Below are positions 62,889 to 64,000 of a stretch of 64,000 nt of DNA, piece by piece. Position 1 is the first letter of the stretch; every line of letters starts with the position of its first letter. The stretch lies in the IMG/VR virus record IMGVR_UViG_3300043137_000338. The stretch is one strand, 5' to 3'. A program made the position numbers and the translations under genes. The notes under the pieces are model-generated. The model saw nothing but the letters and a program-made list of their open reading frames with translations. It was not told where the DNA came from and ran no database searches. This DNA comes from a virus.

Positions 62889-62940
62889 GCTTGACTTTAA
62901 TTCGCTTCTGTAGTAAAATAGGTGCTTAGGTTGATTAGGA
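62889..62940 (+). repeat. 57-nt promoter repeat unit copy D (leader runs into the RBS of the next ORF)
   Basis: Identical to copy C through AGGTGCTTAGGTTGA, then TTAGGAGC. Confidence 0.7.
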
Positions 62941-62946
62941 GCTTAT

Positions 62947-63177
62947 ATGGGAATGATGAAAAACCTGGTTATTGACATCCAAGAATCTATTGAGCTTGGC
63001 GATGATTTTGACGAGATCGCTGATCGCTTTAATGTTAGCTTGGCTGATGTTGAAGCAATTGCTGATGCGATGGATTCTAGCTATGATGAATCAATGGACG
63101 GTGATCATGATTCTGCAATGGCTTCTGCTGGTTTTGGAACCGATGAAGATTACGGTTACGCTGGCGAAGATTTCTGA
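62947..63177 (+). CDS. small highly acidic protein
   Basis: 76 aa, D/E-rich; TAGGAG RBS. Confidence 0.45.
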   Translation: MGMMKNLVIDIQESIELGDDFDEIADRFNVSLADVEAIADAMDSSYDESMDGDHDSAMASAGFGTDEDYGYAGEDF

Positions 63178-63264
63178 AGCCCTCTCTGAGTCTTTACGTA
63201 AAGTCGGAAGCCTGAGGCACTAAGAAGGTTTGGATGTTTTTCCTCACACAAAAACATCCGTTAT

Positions 63265-63337
63265 GCTCTGTTCGTCTAACGGTTAGGACGCTGCCCTTTC
63301 AAGGCGGAAACGAGGGGTTCGATTCCCCCACGGAGTA
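63265..63337 (+). tRNA. tRNA-Glu (UUC)
   Basis: D-arm GTCT AACGGTTA GGAC, anticodon arm CTGCC CTTTCAA GGCGG, CCA encoded; preceded by hairpin GGATGTTTTT..AAAACATCC 63231-63259. Confidence 0.65.
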
Positions 63338-63347
63338 CCAGAATTTT

Positions 63348-63419
63348 GGGCTGATAGTGATAATGGGAGCACAGGGGCTTTGCAAGCCTTTAGTCGGGGT
63401 TCGATCCCCCGTCGGTCCA
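63348..63419 (+). tRNA. tRNA-Ala (UGC)
   Basis: Anticodon arm GGGGC TTTGCAA GCCTT, T-loop TTCGATC, CCA encoded. Confidence 0.65.
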
Positions 63420-63427
63420 CCAAATAT

Positions 63428-63499
63428 GCGTTGTAAACTTTGATGATGAAGTCCCGGCTCTTAACCGGCGAGAAGAAAGTTTGACTCTTTCACGACGCA
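63428..63499 (+). tRNA. tRNA-Lys (CUU), atypical T-loop TTTGACT
   Basis: Acceptor GCGTTGT/ACGACGC, anticodon arm CCGG CTCTTAA CCGG, CCA encoded. Confidence 0.5.
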
Positions 63500-63512
63500 C
63501 CAAGTTTTCAAT

Positions 63513-63586
63513 CCGAGTGTAGCGCAGTCTGGTAGCGCATCTGCTTTGGGAGCAGGAGGTCGTAGGTTCGAATCCTACTACTCGGA
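63513..63586 (+). tRNA. tRNA-Pro (UGG)
   Basis: D-arm TA GCGC AGTCTGGTA GCGC, anticodon arm TCTGC TTTGGGA GCAGG, CCA encoded. Confidence 0.75.
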
Positions 63587-63674
63587 CCACAGTTTTTAGG
63601 ATAGTTTCTGCAAATTATACAGACTACTCAAATTGGATTGTCTTAGTCGACAACACTATCCTGTTGTATTTAAT

Positions 63675-63756
63675 GGAGATGAAGCATCAATGGTGATGCA
63701 GTGGACTGTAAATCCGCCGCCCTCGGGCACGACTGGTTCGATCCCAGTAATCTCCA
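63675..63756 (+). tRNA. second tRNA-Tyr-like (GUA), type II
   Basis: Acceptor GGAGATG/AATCTCC (one mismatch), anticodon arm GTGGA CTGTAAA TCCGC, variable hairpin GCCC TC GGGC, CCA encoded. Confidence 0.55.
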
Positions 63757-63766
63757 CCAAGTTTAT

Positions 63767-63838
63767 GGCTCGTTCGTATAAAGGTTATTACTTCGGATTG
63801 TCTATCCGATTATGGGAGTTCGATTCTCCCACGAGTCG
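63767..63838 (+). tRNA. tRNA-Asp (GUC)
   Basis: Anticodon arm TCGGA TTGTCTA TCCGA, T-loop TTCGATT, CCA encoded. Confidence 0.7.
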
Positions 63839-64000
63839 CCAAGTTTTGTAAGTGTAGATGTTGAGAAAGCATAGCCTCGAAAACTATGTGAGTTTACGGT
63901 TCGAGTCCGACAACACGGTAACAAACATGTATCAACTATTACTACGTACCTCTAACCCTAACGTATACAGGGCGAAATGGTAGCGAATGAGAGAGGCGCT

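Noticed and set aside
58100-63900. Possibility that the GGTTCGAATCC-type T-loops mark minus-strand tRNAs (the motif is nearly palindromic)
   Set aside because: For each candidate the D-loop GG, the anticodon-loop U33 and the encoded CCA fit only the + strand.
63843-63935. A further tRNA after tRNA-Asp (T-loop-like ACGG TTCGAGT CCGAC)
   Set aside because: I could not pair an acceptor stem or find a D-arm with GG, and the anticodon-like hairpin has a 9-nt loop; it is left as an unresolved tRNA-like remnant rather than called.
1-64000. CRISPR arrays or integrase/transposase-type mobile elements
   Set aside because: No direct-repeat/spacer arrays and no recombinase or transposase motifs were seen; mobility here is by homing endonucleases only.

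Overview
The window is a replication, recombination and nucleotide-metabolism block of a T4-like (Tevenvirinae-type) myovirus, transcribed almost entirely on the + strand. Recognisable T4 orthologues are uvsW, gene 55, 47, 46, 45, 44, 62, regA, 30 (ligase), dexA, 43 (polymerase), uvsX, 40, 41, 61, thyX, nrdA, nrdB, rnh and cd. Two large tRNA clusters carry about 25 tRNA or tRNA-like genes, mostly decoding codons rare in E. coli, as in T4. The region is heavily colonised by homing-endonuclease genes: GIY-YIG (x3), HNH, and two PD-(D/E)XK-like ones. The endonuclease genes inside uvsX and in the tRNA clusters share a nearly identical T4-late-promoter (TATAAATA) plus AGGAGGAAAC cassette immediately upstream. 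The most striking feature is a fractured uvsX gene. It is split into an N-extein plus N-intein ORF, a free-standing HNH endonuclease gene with its own late promoter, and a C-intein plus C-extein ORF, which is the arrangement of a naturally split intein. Other notable signals are listed here. A conserved early transcription cassette (CCCTAC..GTAGGG hairpin, then TTGACTTTAATTCA..N..TATAAT) recurs at least 8 times. Tandem 57-nt promoter repeat units bracket the tRNA clusters. There is a circularly permuted tRNA-like arrangement flanked by a 9-bp inverted repeat. One tRNA gene is truncated by a homing-endonuclease insertion and another overlaps the 3' end of a nuclease ORF. A promoter-to-terminator candidate sRNA shows mutually exclusive hairpins. 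A phage small heat-shock protein sits behind a roughly 230-nt structured leader. A 2OG-Fe(II) oxygenase and a GT-B glycosyltransferase sit side by side next to the helicase, possibly a DNA-modification module. A calcineurin-like phosphoesterase gene is interrupted by a +1 frameshift at UUU CGG G. All calls are from reading the sequence and remembered family motifs; no database search was run.
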